This document shows positions 1 through 9,871 of a DNA stretch of 64,000 nucleotides, in pieces. The stretch lies in IMG/VR virus record IMGVR_UViG_3300046167_000801; one strand, 5' to 3'. The translations under genes were made by a program, and so were the position numbers. Within the stretch, counting starts at the first letter, position 1. Every line of letters begins with the position of its first letter. This stretch comes from a virus. Its lineage: Duplodnaviria; Caudoviricetes. The notes under the pieces were generated by a model, which ran no database searches, was not told the DNA's origin, and was given only the letters and a program-made list of their open reading frames with translations.

Positions 1-1
1 C

Positions 2-79
2 TAAAACTGGCGTCTTACTACCTTTCTTACCTCTTTTACTTTGGGACTGTGTTCCCTCTTCGAAAAAATCTACTGACAT
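2..79 (-). CDS. 5' end of a probable ClpB/ClpC-type AAA+ chaperone (runs off the window edge)
   Basis: Manual translation from ATG at 79 gives MSVDFFEEGTQSQSKRGKKGSKTPVL(D). The TPVLD stretch resembles the start of the Clp ATPase NBD1 (TPxLDxFxRDLT). Divergent from hsp20. Only 26 codons visible. Confidence 0.5.
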   Translation of the reverse strand, partial: MSVDFFEEGTQSQSKRGKKGSKTPVL

Positions 80-153
80 ATATTAAAAGTGTTTTAAATA
101 AAGATACATAAAATTGTTCCAAAAGTCAAACAATACCCCATATGATTTACTAC

Positions 154-199
154 TTGACAATATGTCACGTATAATGATTATATTTGTGACAGAATGTCT
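154..199 (+). promoter_or_regulatory. Bacteroidota-type promoter for hsp20 flanked by two palindromic operator-like sites
   Basis: TTG at 154-156 and TATATTTG (TAnnTTTG) at 179-186. TGACA-ata-TGTCA at 155-167 and TGACA-gaa-TGTCT at 187-199. Confidence 0.55.
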
Positions 200-264
200 C
201 ATTTATGGTATTGGTATTCATTTTGTTCTTATGTGTTTAATAAAAAAAATTAAAAAATTAAATT

Positions 265-636
265 ATGATTTTATTTAGAAACGATCCATGGATCAAATTT
301 GTTGATGAGTTTTTCGACTCTAAAACTGAGACCACTCAAAGTGGTCGTGTCAATGTACATAGACATGAGGATGAGAATAAGTATGAATTACAATTTCTTG
401 TTCCGGGTCTTAATAAAAACGATATCAATATCGTGGTTGAAGAGGACTTACTTAAGGTCAATTATAGTAGAACTGAGGATTCCACTGATTATATGGGTTC
501 ATTTGAAAGAACTTATACTTTACCTGACGATATTGATGAAAAGAAGATTGACGCTAAAGTTAAAGATGGGATACTCTACATAAATTTCCCTAAGAGTAAG
601 AAAAAAACTAAACAAAGAACTATTTCAGTTTCATAA
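265..636 (+). CDS. hsp20: Small heat shock protein (Hsp20/alpha-crystallin domain)
   Basis: VPGLNKNDINI, GSFERTYTLPDDID and AKVKDGILYINFPK are typical alpha-crystallin domain motifs. Confidence 0.93.
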   Translation: MILFRNDPWIKFVDEFFDSKTETTQSGRVNVHRHEDENKYELQFLVPGLNKNDINIVVEEDLLKVNYSRTEDSTDYMGSFERTYTLPDDIDEKKIDAKVKDGILYINFPKSKKKTKQRTISVS

Positions 637-639
637 ATT

Positions 640-670
640 AGACCCCCGATTAGGGGGTTTAATTTTTATT
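640..670 (+). terminator. Rho-independent terminator after hsp20
   Basis: AGACCCCC-gatta-GGGGGTTT hairpin followed by a T-rich tract. Confidence 0.75.
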
Positions 671-746
671 AGATATTTATAGGATACATCGGACTAACTT
701 GACTTTGTCTGTTTAAATTGTTATATTAAAATTAAAATAATAAGTT

Positions 747-989
747 ATGGCAATTACATCAGAGAAAATCAACGGAAAAGAGATTCTTGTAGAGATAGAG
801 TCATCTAATCTAAAGTCCGCATCTTACAATACGGAAGATGAAACATTAAAAATCACTTTTAAAAGTGGTGTTGTTTATGAGTATTATAAAGTTCCGTGGG
901 AAAAGTTTACGAAACTTAGGATGGCGGAATCGCAAGGTAGATTTTTTAATTTAAATATTGGGAGATCTTATGAGTACAAGAAACTGTAA
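747..989 (+). CDS. KTSC domain protein
   Basis: SSNLKSASYN...LKITFKSGVVYEYYKVP...AESQGRFFNLNI matches the KTSC pattern. Confidence 0.88.
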   Translation: MAITSEKINGKEILVEIESSNLKSASYNTEDETLKITFKSGVVYEYYKVPWEKFTKLRMAESQGRFFNLNIGRSYEYKKL

Positions 990-1756
990 TGGAAAACAAA
1001 CAGATTGTTGATGAACTAATTGAGGAAATCGGTAACAATCAAGAGATAGTCAAATCTTTTGAAGTAAGGGATTCATTGTCTAATGACATTTTTGATGTCA
1101 AGGATGGTGAATTTTTTATGCATGACGAAATAAGAAAGAAACTTATGGATGTTACAGAAAAATTCATGGATTACTTAGATATAGAATTTTTTATACACGA
1201 TGTAATTTTAACGGGGTCACTCGCAAACTATAATTGGTCAAAATACTCAGATGTGGATTTACACATATTAGTGGATTACGATGAGACGGATTATAATTTA
1301 GACCTTCTAAAAGGTTTTTTTAATAGTAAAAGAAGTCTTTGGAATAAACAACATGAAATTTTAGTTAAAGGGTTTGATTGTGAAATTTACGTTCAAGATG
1401 TAAATGAACCACATCATGCCTCAGGTATCTATTCTGTATTAAATGATGAGTGGGTAGTAACCCCCGTTAAAACAGTGCAGTCAATTGATAAAAATATGAT
1501 ATTAAAAAAATCAGAAGATTTTGAAGATAGAATCGATGATATATCGGAAAGGTTCGATAAAGGAGAGGATGTTTTAGAAGACATAAAACTCCTAAAAGTT
1601 AAACTAAAAAAGTTTAGACAAAGTGGTTTGGATGACGGTGGAGAGTTTTCTTATGAGAATTTGGCATTCAAATTATTAAGAAGAAATGGGTATATAGGGA
1701 AGTTGTTAGATATCCAAACTAAAACCACAGATAAGAAATTATCTATAGAACAATAG
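989..1756 (+). CDS. DNA polymerase beta-superfamily nucleotidyltransferase
   Basis: LTGSLANYNWSKYSDVDLHILVD supplies the GS and DxD motifs, with a later acidic strand (CEIYVQD). Start overlaps the KTSC stop (TAATG). Confidence 0.8.
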   Translation: MENKQIVDELIEEIGNNQEIVKSFEVRDSLSNDIFDVKDGEFFMHDEIRKKLMDVTEKFMDYLDIEFFIHDVILTGSLANYNWSKYSDVDLHILVDYDETDYNLDLLKGFFNSKRSLWNKQHEILVKGFDCEIYVQDVNEPHHASGIYSVLNDEWVVTPVKTVQSIDKNMILKKSEDFEDRIDDISERFDKGEDVLEDIKLLKVKLKKFRQSGLDDGGEFSYENLAFKLLRRNGYIGKLLDIQTKTTDKKLSIEQ

Positions 1757-1826
1757 AGATCAATATATTTTTCTCGATATTGTTGTATTTATAGTATAAG
1801 AATAAGTTATAAATAATTATTTAAAT

Positions 1827-2861
1827 ATGTCAGATCTAAGACCATTGGGTAGTGAAAAATTACCTGTAGACGAAAAATTAAAAAGAATTATGGAGATTGC
1901 CAATTATGGTATATCTCAAAAATCCAACATTACTGAAGGAAATTCTACTAAGTCAGTTCAATTCATTAAAGAATCATCTAACGGTGTGTACGGTATAGTA
2001 AAAGAAAAAGAAGGTTATTTCGTAAAGAAAGGTCTTACAGAAGGTTCTTTAGATTATATCGGAGGTATTTTTATGAAAAATAAAAATAAATTCAAATCAT
2101 ACTCTGAGGCATTAAAAAGATTAGAACTCATTAGTGGACAGGAATCATTAAACGAAGCAAAAAAATACGTATTAAAGACTAAGGACTCAGAACCTGTGGC
2201 CGATGCTCCTGTAGAGGACGTACCCGCAGAACCTGTAGCTGACGCTCCTGTAGATGATGCACCTATCGATGATTTACCACCGGCAGATTCAGGTATAGAA
2301 GACGAAATACCGTCTGATGAACCTGCGATGGAACCTGAAGGTGAGGAAGAAGGTAAGAGATCGGATTATATGGCCGACATTCAAAAATTCTCTGGTAAAT
2401 TAGGACAAGCATTGAGAGATGTAAAAGAAAAAATGGAAAGTGATGATATTAAGTATGTTATCAACATGGTTCTTTCAGCTGTCAATATTGATTCGTTAGA
2501 TGAGGAAGATAGAGAAGAAATTGCAGAAAGATTTGAACCTAAAGATGATTTCTCAGACGAAGAAGGAATGGATGATATTCCATCTGAAGACTCAGACATG
2601 GAAGGTGAATTACCATCTGACGAAGAATTAGATGAGATAATGGATAAATTAGAAAGTTTTGTTGATGCACCTATTGAGGAAACAAGTGATTTACCCGAAC
2701 CAGAAGAAATAGAAGAAAAAAGAATCGAAGACATTGCAGATTTAAGCGTGAGACACGAAGAAGTATCTGAAATGGAAGAAGACGTAGAACTTGATTTAGA
2801 TGAACTCAAAAAGGAAATTAACAAAAATGTTGATGATACTTTGAGTAAATATTTTAAGTAA
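1827..2861 (+). CDS. Acidic hypothetical protein, probably head-associated
   Basis: 344-aa ORF with D/E/P-rich linkers and ITE/LNE sites, preceded by TATTTATA at 1786-1793. Confidence 0.7.
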   Translation: MSDLRPLGSEKLPVDEKLKRIMEIANYGISQKSNITEGNSTKSVQFIKESSNGVYGIVKEKEGYFVKKGLTEGSLDYIGGIFMKNKNKFKSYSEALKRLELISGQESLNEAKKYVLKTKDSEPVADAPVEDVPAEPVADAPVDDAPIDDLPPADSGIEDEIPSDEPAMEPEGEEEGKRSDYMADIQKFSGKLGQALRDVKEKMESDDIKYVINMVLSAVNIDSLDEEDREEIAERFEPKDDFSDEEGMDDIPSEDSDMEGELPSDEELDEIMDKLESFVDAPIEETSDLPEPEEIEEKRIEDIADLSVRHEEVSEMEEDVELDLDELKKEINKNVDDTLSKYFK

Positions 2862-2862
2862 T

Positions 2863-3267
2863 ATGAGACTTATCTATATCAATGAAATTGGAGCTGACTA
2901 TAAAGGTCAGAAACAATATGAATTTATTTTTAGTGATCAACTCGAATTTGATATAGAGGAGTGGTACCATATACCCGCATCTACGTGTACAGAAACACTA
3001 TCTCCCCATTTAGAATATATTAGTTTAGTTGGTGTACTTAAAAATAGTGACATTGATTTAGATCTAATACAAAAATCAGATTACTTTGGTGTAATTGATG
3101 CCGTAGACGGTGTGATTTCATTGGGGTGGGAAAAGTTTGATTTCGAAAGTGAGTTTGAAAGACTTACTTTTTCATTTGGTGAAAAAATAGATAAGGTTAG
3201 TGAAAAAATAGAATCAAGAGGTTTTAAACTAATAAAAGAAGAATTAAATTATAATACGGGAATATGA
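2863..3267 (+). CDS. Hypothetical protein
   Basis: 134-aa ORF tightly packed between its neighbours. Confidence 0.7.
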   Translation: MRLIYINEIGADYKGQKQYEFIFSDQLEFDIEEWYHIPASTCTETLSPHLEYISLVGVLKNSDIDLDLIQKSDYFGVIDAVDGVISLGWEKFDFESEFERLTFSFGEKIDKVSEKIESRGFKLIKEELNYNTGI

Positions 3268-3833
3268 AAAGAAACGTAATAGTATCAAAACTTTTAAATG
3301 AGGGGTTCACTGAGAAGTTCCTTTCTAAATTGACGGATAAACAAATTACTGAATTATCTAATAGAATTTTATCTGAAGAAACTTTGAATATACCTAAGGA
3401 CGATACACAAGGTGTGGAAGACGCAAAAAGAAAAGGTGAAAAATTTGTTACCTATGAAGAAGAAACTGAAGAAGACGAAGAATTAGGGGAAGAAGAAACA
3501 AGTATCGAAGAATGGGTAGAAGGTGTGGTTAAAGAAAACTATCATACAGAGGTTACAACTAAAAAGGAGATATATGAGATGATTGGTGCACTTTCAGACT
3601 CACCTGATGCATTAGCTGCGGCTCAAAATTATTTTAGTGTGGACGAACAGTCACCTGAACCATCTAAACCAGATACTGATGCACCTGTAAGAGAAAAACC
3701 AAGTACGAGACCAGGTAAACCAAAAAGAGAAAATCCTTTTGAACCAAAACATAAACCAAAACCTAAAGCTAAGTTACCAAAACAACTAAGTTTTGATTCT
3801 ATAGGTCTTAATTTAAAAATGGCGGCAGAATGA
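3264..3833 (+). CDS. Hypothetical protein with Pro/Lys-rich C-terminus
   Basis: 189-aa ORF with 4-nt overlaps to both neighbours. Confidence 0.7.
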   Translation: MKRNVIVSKLLNEGFTEKFLSKLTDKQITELSNRILSEETLNIPKDDTQGVEDAKRKGEKFVTYEEETEEDEELGEEETSIEEWVEGVVKENYHTEVTTKKEIYEMIGALSDSPDALAAAQNYFSVDEQSPEPSKPDTDAPVREKPSTRPGKPKRENPFEPKHKPKPKAKLPKQLSFDSIGLNLKMAAE

Positions 3834-5146
3834 TTAGTAAAAAAGAATTATTAGAAACCATAAAAGGTTTAAAGGAAATGCCCGTAGATTACGGAGATAA
3901 CCCTGAAAGAATAACACCCGATGTTGAAGACAAATTGGCATCGAGAGAAACACCCTTTAAAGATAATCCTTCATTTCCTGAAGAATCACCAGAAGGTGTT
4001 GAGTCTAATTTTGAAGAATTATTGGCATCTAAGAGATTTAAAGATGTTGTTGCAAAAGTAAAAAGATATACGGGTGAGGAAGGTAATATAACAGACCAAA
4101 ACGTACTATCTCAGTTAATGAGTACTATGCAACGAACATTGATGAGTGTTTTACGATTTGAACAAGACAATAAAGAATATTTAGAGAACTTAGCGGTAGA
4201 ACTTGTTAAGAAAGAAATGTCACTACCTGAAGACACACTACAATTCGATGCGAAATTAGTTGGTATAGGTGGTATAGATTCAGAAGGTTTTTCTAAGGAA
4301 TCAGAAGATCCAAGTGAAGAAGAGGTAGAACAACAATTTGGTGTAAACCCTGAAGAGGCTGAAGATGGTTTAGAAGACTTTATGGATGCGATGGAAAAGT
4401 TCGATCAGGAAACCGCGAAAAGAAGATTTATTAACGCATTAATACAGGGAGCATCTAAAAAAGGACATTATATGTTTGAGTTGGTTGCAAATGAATTAAC
4501 TGAAAGAGATCCAAACATCGTAAATCAATACGGTGTATTAATGTCAGTTAACGATTTACTTTATTGGGTATTACCTGACGGAATGATGGAAATGGGAATG
4601 GGTGATGGAAACCAAGCCGGTAAGGAGGAAATTGATACGGAAACTGATCCACCTACAATTATTGCAAGAGCGGTATTTTTTCCCGCATTGATACACGAAG
4701 TAATTAAAGGAGTAATGGAAATTATGGGTACACAAGGTTTACCCGACGATCCAAGATCTGCAGAAATGGTGATGAATAAAACTGACACTTTACCTTCAGA
4801 AATTTGGGATTTAAGATTAGGACCGATTATTTGGGAAAAATTTAGATCTTCATATCCTGATAGGTTAAATCAAGAAGATATGACACACATCCAAAATTAT
4901 CTTTTCTCAAGATTTTCTCAATTAGACGCTGAAGAATTTTTCAGAGTGGCTAAAGAAATAATGAGAGGATCTGCAATGGGTAAAAGTATTTTAAGTAATA
5001 TGGTGGACCAAATCATACAAGATTTACAAAATGAAGATTACGAAGAGGACCAATATAATAGAGAAAAAGAAGATGACGATGACGATGGTCTCGGAGGATT
5101 CTTAGGGTCATTAGGAATTACATTTTCTCCTGAAGACGACAATTAA
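3830..5146 (+). CDS. Hypothetical protein upstream of the terminase
   Basis: 438-aa ORF followed by a terminator; no family recognised. Confidence 0.75.
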   Translation: MISKKELLETIKGLKEMPVDYGDNPERITPDVEDKLASRETPFKDNPSFPEESPEGVESNFEELLASKRFKDVVAKVKRYTGEEGNITDQNVLSQLMSTMQRTLMSVLRFEQDNKEYLENLAVELVKKEMSLPEDTLQFDAKLVGIGGIDSEGFSKESEDPSEEEVEQQFGVNPEEAEDGLEDFMDAMEKFDQETAKRRFINALIQGASKKGHYMFELVANELTERDPNIVNQYGVLMSVNDLLYWVLPDGMMEMGMGDGNQAGKEEIDTETDPPTIIARAVFFPALIHEVIKGVMEIMGTQGLPDDPRSAEMVMNKTDTLPSEIWDLRLGPIIWEKFRSSYPDRLNQEDMTHIQNYLFSRFSQLDAEEFFRVAKEIMRGSAMGKSILSNMVDQIIQDLQNEDYEEDQYNREKEDDDDDGLGGFLGSLGITFSPEDDN

Positions 5147-5163
5147 ATAACACGGATTATAAG

Positions 5164-5189
5164 AAAGTGGTCAATAGACCACTTTTTTT
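5164..5189 (+). terminator. Rho-independent terminator
   Basis: AAAGTGGTC-aata-GACCACTTT followed by a T run. Confidence 0.8.
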
Positions 5190-5190
5190 G

Positions 5191-5198
5191 TATTTATA
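5191..5198 (+). promoter_or_regulatory. Putative late promoter TATTTATA, 4 nt before the terminase ATG
   Basis: Motif recurs upstream of about 20 structural genes and here sits directly after a terminator. Confidence 0.65.
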
Positions 5199-5202
5199 GG
5201 AT

Positions 5203-6978
5203 ATGGATAAACATAAACTCATACAGTTAAAGGAATACGCGAAGATCATGAAAGATACTCCGTATGCACTTAAAACATATTTAACCACGTATGATAATAC
5301 ACAAAAGAAATATGTACCATTAGAGTTATTTCCAGACCAAGTTGAATTAATTAAAGACTACGACAACTATAATGAAAATATAACTCGTAAGTATAGACAG
5401 GCGGGTGTATCTACTGTAACCGCAGCTTGGTTATCTAAACGTATACAAACCGCAAAACCCGAAAACCCAGAAAGAATACTTATTATCGCTAACAAGAGAG
5501 ATACTGCGATAGAAATGGCTAATAAAGTTAGAGGTTTTTTAGATCAATGGCCAGAATGGATTAACGTTGGGTTTTCACCTGATAAAAATTCTGAAAGTAG
5601 GTATCGTATGAATAACGGATGTGAGGTTAAGGCGGTTGCGACATCTGCCGATGCACTTCGTGGTTATACACCAACAGTATTGGTTTTTGATGAGGCTGCA
5701 TATATTGAAGCGGGAGAAGATTTTTGGGCGGCTTGTATGGCCTCCTTATCTACGGGTGGTAAAGTAATACTTATATCCACACCTAACGGACATGACCCAA
5801 TTTATTATGGGGTATATGATCAGGCGTTACGAGGTATGAATGATTTTAAAATAACCGATTTAAGATGGTTTAAAGATCCAAGATATGCCAGTGACTTAAA
5901 ATGGATTAAAGTAGACGATATCATACATTATATGTTGAATAGAGAACAATATAATGATGATGAAATAATTTTAGAACAGGGTTGGGAAGGATATGAAGAA
6001 TTACTCGAGAAAGGATACAAACCGTACTCTCATTGGTTTGAGAATATGGCAAAAAAATTCAAGTATGACAAAAGAAAAATCGCACAAGAATTGGAGTGCG
6101 ACTTCCTCGGTTCTGGTGATGGTGTTATCCCAAATACAATACAAGACAGGATAAGAAAAACCATGATAAAGGATCCAATGGAAAAATACATGCAGGGTAC
6201 TTTTTGGTTATGGAAGGAACCTGTTGAGGGTCATAGATATATAATGGGTGTTGACGTATCTCGTGGAGATAGTGCTGACTCGTCATCAATATGTGTGATT
6301 GATTTTGATGAAAACGAACAGGTTGCGGAATATGTGGGTAAGATTCCACCAGATGATTTGGCATCGATAGTTTATAAATGGGGTACACTTTATAAGGCGT
6401 TTGTCGCTACAGACATAACGGGGGGTATGGGTATTGCAACATCACGTAAACTACAGGAAATGGGTTATAAGGACCAATATATTGACGGGGTGAACTCAAA
6501 TAATATTTGGCAATACAATAAGAAGGCACAGGAAAAAATACCTGGTATTAATTTTAATAACAAACGAACACAAATAGTTGCGTCTTTTGAAGAAAAACTT
6601 AGACATGGATTTATAGTTAAGTCATCTCGATTATTAAATGAATTAAACACGTTTGTTTATATAAACGGTAGACCTAACCACATGAAGGGGGCACATGATG
6701 ATGCAATCATGGCGATGGCCATTGCAATGTACGTGGGTGATATATGTTTCACTCAACTAAAGAGAAACGATAGCGCAAACAAAGCAATGTTAGACTCATG
6801 GTTACTCTCAGAAAGGACTTATGAAACAAAAAAATCTTTCTATTCTCATGGAACCGCGTTCGATGCTGTCGGATCTATGACTACTGACGGACAACCATAT
6901 AACCCATCTAATCAAAATATCAGTAAGGACCAATACATGGAACATAGTTGGTTATTTAGTAAAAGAGGTTATAGATAA
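5203..6978 (+). CDS. terL: Terminase large subunit (T4 gp17-like)
   Basis: KYRQAGVST (Walker A region), LVFDEAA (Walker B), ISTPNG, and nuclease motifs IMGVDVSRG and HDDAIMA. Confidence 0.93.
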   Translation: MDKHKLIQLKEYAKIMKDTPYALKTYLTTYDNTQKKYVPLELFPDQVELIKDYDNYNENITRKYRQAGVSTVTAAWLSKRIQTAKPENPERILIIANKRDTAIEMANKVRGFLDQWPEWINVGFSPDKNSESRYRMNNGCEVKAVATSADALRGYTPTVLVFDEAAYIEAGEDFWAACMASLSTGGKVILISTPNGHDPIYYGVYDQALRGMNDFKITDLRWFKDPRYASDLKWIKVDDIIHYMLNREQYNDDEIILEQGWEGYEELLEKGYKPYSHWFENMAKKFKYDKRKIAQELECDFLGSGDGVIPNTIQDRIRKTMIKDPMEKYMQGTFWLWKEPVEGHRYIMGVDVSRGDSADSSSICVIDFDENEQVAEYVGKIPPDDLASIVYKWGTLYKAFVATDITGGMGIATSRKLQEMGYKDQYIDGVNSNNIWQYNKKAQEKIPGINFNNKRTQIVASFEEKLRHGFIVKSSRLLNELNTFVYINGRPNHMKGAHDDAIMAMAIAMYVGDICFTQLKRNDSANKAMLDSWLLSERTYETKKSFYSHGTAFDAVGSMTTDGQPYNPSNQNISKDQYMEHSWLFSKRGYR

Positions 6979-7027
6979 TTAAACAGGTTTAAAAAGTGAA
7001 AAAAATTTCGTATATTATAAAGACTAA

Positions 7028-7035
7028 TATTTATT
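7028..7035 (+). promoter_or_regulatory. Putative late promoter TATTTATT, 3 nt before the portal ATG
   Basis: Same recurring motif. Confidence 0.6.
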
Positions 7036-7038
7036 AAT

Positions 7039-8850
7039 ATGGCAAAACAAAATATGACAGTGTATCAAAGGTTAACAAAGGTTTTCGGTTTTACCGCAGA
7101 CCAACCTTCGAAACCCCCACAATATAAATTTGATAGAGACCAACTGTTAAAAACAGATAGTAGAGAAGATTATGAAAAGGAACTTCTCCAACAACAACAA
7201 TCTCAATATATTGCAGATAAGTGGTCTAAATTAGATCAATCATTATATAATCAATCGGTTTATTATGAACCAAATAGATTAGCAGCGTATTATGATTATG
7301 AGTCTATGGAATTTACACCGGAAATTTCTGCGGCTTTAGATATATATTCTGAAGAATCAACAACCCTTTCAGAAAAGGGGGATATACTTACAATTTATTC
7401 AGAGTCAAAAAGGGTAAAAAACATACTCACAGATCTTTTTGAGAATATATTAGACGTAAACACTAACCTACAAATGTGGTGTAGAGGTTTAGGTAAGTAC
7501 GGTGATAACTTCGTTTATTTAAAAATAGATCCTGAAAGAGGTGTAGTTGGGTGTCAACAATTACCTAACATAGAAATAGAACGACATGAAGGTGCAGCGT
7601 CCAACGTACATAAAGCGGAACCATCGTCAAATGTTACAATGCCAAGTAGAGAACTGAGATTCGCGTGGAAAAATAAAGACATGGAGTTCCAAGCATGGGA
7701 AGTCGCACACTTTAGATTATTAGGGGACGATAGAAAATTACCTTATGGTACGTCAATGTTAGATAAGGTAAGACGTATATGGAAACAATTACTACTTGCA
7801 GAAGATGCAATGTTAATATACAGAACATCAAGAGCACCCGAAAGAAGAGTATTTAAAGTATTCGTGGGTAACATGGATGATAAAGACATTGAATCTTATG
7901 TACAACGTGTGGCAAACAAATTCAAAAGAGATCAGGTTGTTGACCCACAAAATGGACAAGTAGACATGAGGTACAACCAAATGGCTGTAGACCAAGATTA
8001 CTTTATTCCTGTTAGAGATCCGGGTCAAACTTCACCAATTGAAACATTACCAGGAGCACAGAACTTAGGTGAGATTGCAGATATTGAGTACATTCAAAAG
8101 AAGATGTTAGCCGCTCTTAGAATACCCAAAGCATTCTTAGGATTTGAGGAAATCGTTGGTGACGGTAAGACATTGGCACTAATGGACATACGTTTTGCAA
8201 GAACTATTAATAGAATTCAAAAATCCTTAATCCAAGAACTAAACAAAATTGCATTAGTTCATCTTTACTTATTAGGTTTAGAGGACGAGTTGGATAATTT
8301 TACATTATCCCTTACTAATCCATCCGCACAATCTGATTTATTAAAAGTAGAACAATGGAAAGAAAAGATAACACTTTATAAAGATGCAACATCAGATCAA
8401 TCACAGATAGGTATACAACCTGTTTCACATACATGGGCTAAGAAAAACATCTTAGGTATGAGTGATAACGATGTGGTTCTTGATTTACAACAACAAAGAC
8501 TCGAACGTGCACTTGGTGGTGAATTAGGGGCTACACCTAACATTATAAAAAGAACGGGCGTGTTTGATGAAGTTGATAAGAAGTATGGTATACCTGAGGA
8601 GGAGAGACAATCTATGGACACTTCCTCACCTGTTGAAGGAGATGAAATGGGAGGTGCACCACCCCCACCAGCAGGAGACATAGGAGGTGAAGAACCTCTT
8701 AGTGAAGGGACAGGAAAATCAAATAAATCTAAAATATTAAGTATGTTAGGTGATGAATCACAAGATTTTGATGATCTTTTTGATGTTAATAAGGCACAAC
8801 AGAATATTTATGAAGTAGAGAATAAACTCAAAGACATATTAAACGACTAA
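7039..8850 (+). CDS. gp20: Portal protein (T4 gp20-like)
   Basis: EDAMLIYRTSRAPERRVFKVFVGNM and the QDYFIPVR...IETLPG stretch match T4-type portals; follows terL. Confidence 0.93.
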   Translation: MAKQNMTVYQRLTKVFGFTADQPSKPPQYKFDRDQLLKTDSREDYEKELLQQQQSQYIADKWSKLDQSLYNQSVYYEPNRLAAYYDYESMEFTPEISAALDIYSEESTTLSEKGDILTIYSESKRVKNILTDLFENILDVNTNLQMWCRGLGKYGDNFVYLKIDPERGVVGCQQLPNIEIERHEGAASNVHKAEPSSNVTMPSRELRFAWKNKDMEFQAWEVAHFRLLGDDRKLPYGTSMLDKVRRIWKQLLLAEDAMLIYRTSRAPERRVFKVFVGNMDDKDIESYVQRVANKFKRDQVVDPQNGQVDMRYNQMAVDQDYFIPVRDPGQTSPIETLPGAQNLGEIADIEYIQKKMLAALRIPKAFLGFEEIVGDGKTLALMDIRFARTINRIQKSLIQELNKIALVHLYLLGLEDELDNFTLSLTNPSAQSDLLKVEQWKEKITLYKDATSDQSQIGIQPVSHTWAKKNILGMSDNDVVLDLQQQRLERALGGELGATPNIIKRTGVFDEVDKKYGIPEEERQSMDTSSPVEGDEMGGAPPPPAGDIGGEEPLSEGTGKSNKSKILSMLGDESQDFDDLFDVNKAQQNIYEVENKLKDILND

Positions 8851-8852
8851 TT

Positions 8853-9587
8853 ATGGCAACATTCGGGAACATTAAAAATAAGATTTTAGTTAAATTGACT
8901 GAATCATATGGTAAAAAGGATTTTAAAAATAACCTTAACACATATTTTAAACCTATAACTAAAAATGATACACTCAAAGAGATGTATTCATTATATGAGG
9001 AATTGGAAGGTAAAACTTTTGAAGATAAAGAAACCGCAACACTATATGTTGAGGAACTATCAAGAATTTTAAAGGAAAAGACTTCTGAGATACAAACAGA
9101 TTTAAATCAATTAAATGAATCCTTATCTAATGTAGAATCTAAAAGTAATGATTTATACGAAAGTATTGATTCTTTATCTACACCAGATAATTTAAGTAAT
9201 ATCTCCGATAAGGTTATTGCTAAAAAATATTTAGTTGAACATTTAACAAAAAATAAAACTAACGAATCACTTACTGTAGATGAGGGGGTTAACGAATCAT
9301 TACTAAATTCTGTCTTAGTAAATAACTTTAATGTTAGTTTTGATAAGACATTAAATGAAGAAGAAAAAGGTAGATTAAAAAACATACTATCCCTTAACCA
9401 AGAAGATTTAGAAACTAAATTTGAAGAGATAACAGAAAGTATTAAAGGAAAATTAGATTCAATAGTAGAATCGGACGCAGAGTTTAAAACGAAATCTATT
9501 GAGGTTAAGACCGAGATTAATGAAATGACTCAAAGTAAGTATAACTTATACAGATTAGAAGAGTTATTAAATAACTTGTCAGAATAA
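8853..9587 (+). CDS. Hypothetical helical protein, possibly prohead core
   Basis: 244-aa ORF with repeated LTE/LNE/VNE sites directly after the portal. Confidence 0.65.
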   Translation: MATFGNIKNKILVKLTESYGKKDFKNNLNTYFKPITKNDTLKEMYSLYEELEGKTFEDKETATLYVEELSRILKEKTSEIQTDLNQLNESLSNVESKSNDLYESIDSLSTPDNLSNISDKVIAKKYLVEHLTKNKTNESLTVDEGVNESLLNSVLVNNFNVSFDKTLNEEEKGRLKNILSLNQEDLETKFEEITESIKGKLDSIVESDAEFKTKSIEVKTEINEMTQSKYNLYRLEELLNNLSE

Positions 9588-9618
9588 TATTCCTTTACGG
9601 CAGCTACCTTAGAGGTGT

Positions 9619-9664
9619 AAATCCCTGTTTTTGATACATCAAAGTCTCAAATGGGGATTTTTTT
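9619..9664. terminator. Hairpin between convergent genes, possibly a bidirectional terminator
   Basis: AAATCCC...GGGATTT outer stem with inner TTTGA-taca-TCAAA, followed by a T run. Confidence 0.45.
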
Positions 9665-9854
9665 ATTGCTCGTTTTCGTCTTTCAGTTTCTGTATATACA
9701 CCGCCTTTTGTTTTTGTAGTCTTTTTTTGACGGATGGTTTAGTGAATTGTTTATTCTCTCTGAGTTTATTGATTTGTTTTACGTTTCTTACTTTTCTACG
9801 CAATTTCTTTATCGCTTTCTCAATACCACCTTTGTCTACTTTTATTATTAGCAT
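9663..9854 (-). CDS. rpsU: 30S ribosomal protein bS21 (phage-encoded)
   Basis: MLIIKVDKGGIEKAIKKLRRK...LRENKQFTKPSVKKRLQKQKAVYIQ fits the bS21 pattern (F.KPS..R) and resembles Flavobacteriia bS21. Confidence 0.88.
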   Translation of the reverse strand: MLIIKVDKGGIEKAIKKLRRKVRNVKQINKLRENKQFTKPSVKKRLQKQKAVYIQKLKDENEQ

Positions 9855-9871
9855 ATATAATTTTGTATATT

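Noticed and set aside
154-176. E. coli-type sigma70 promoter TTGACA...TATAAT
   Set aside because: The spacer is only 10 nt; the Bacteroidota TAnnTTTG element at 179-186 fits better.
9588-9662. tRNA or other ncRNA next to rpsU
   Set aside because: No cloverleaf or T-loop consensus is present; only a hairpin fitting a terminator. No tRNA was recognised anywhere in the window.
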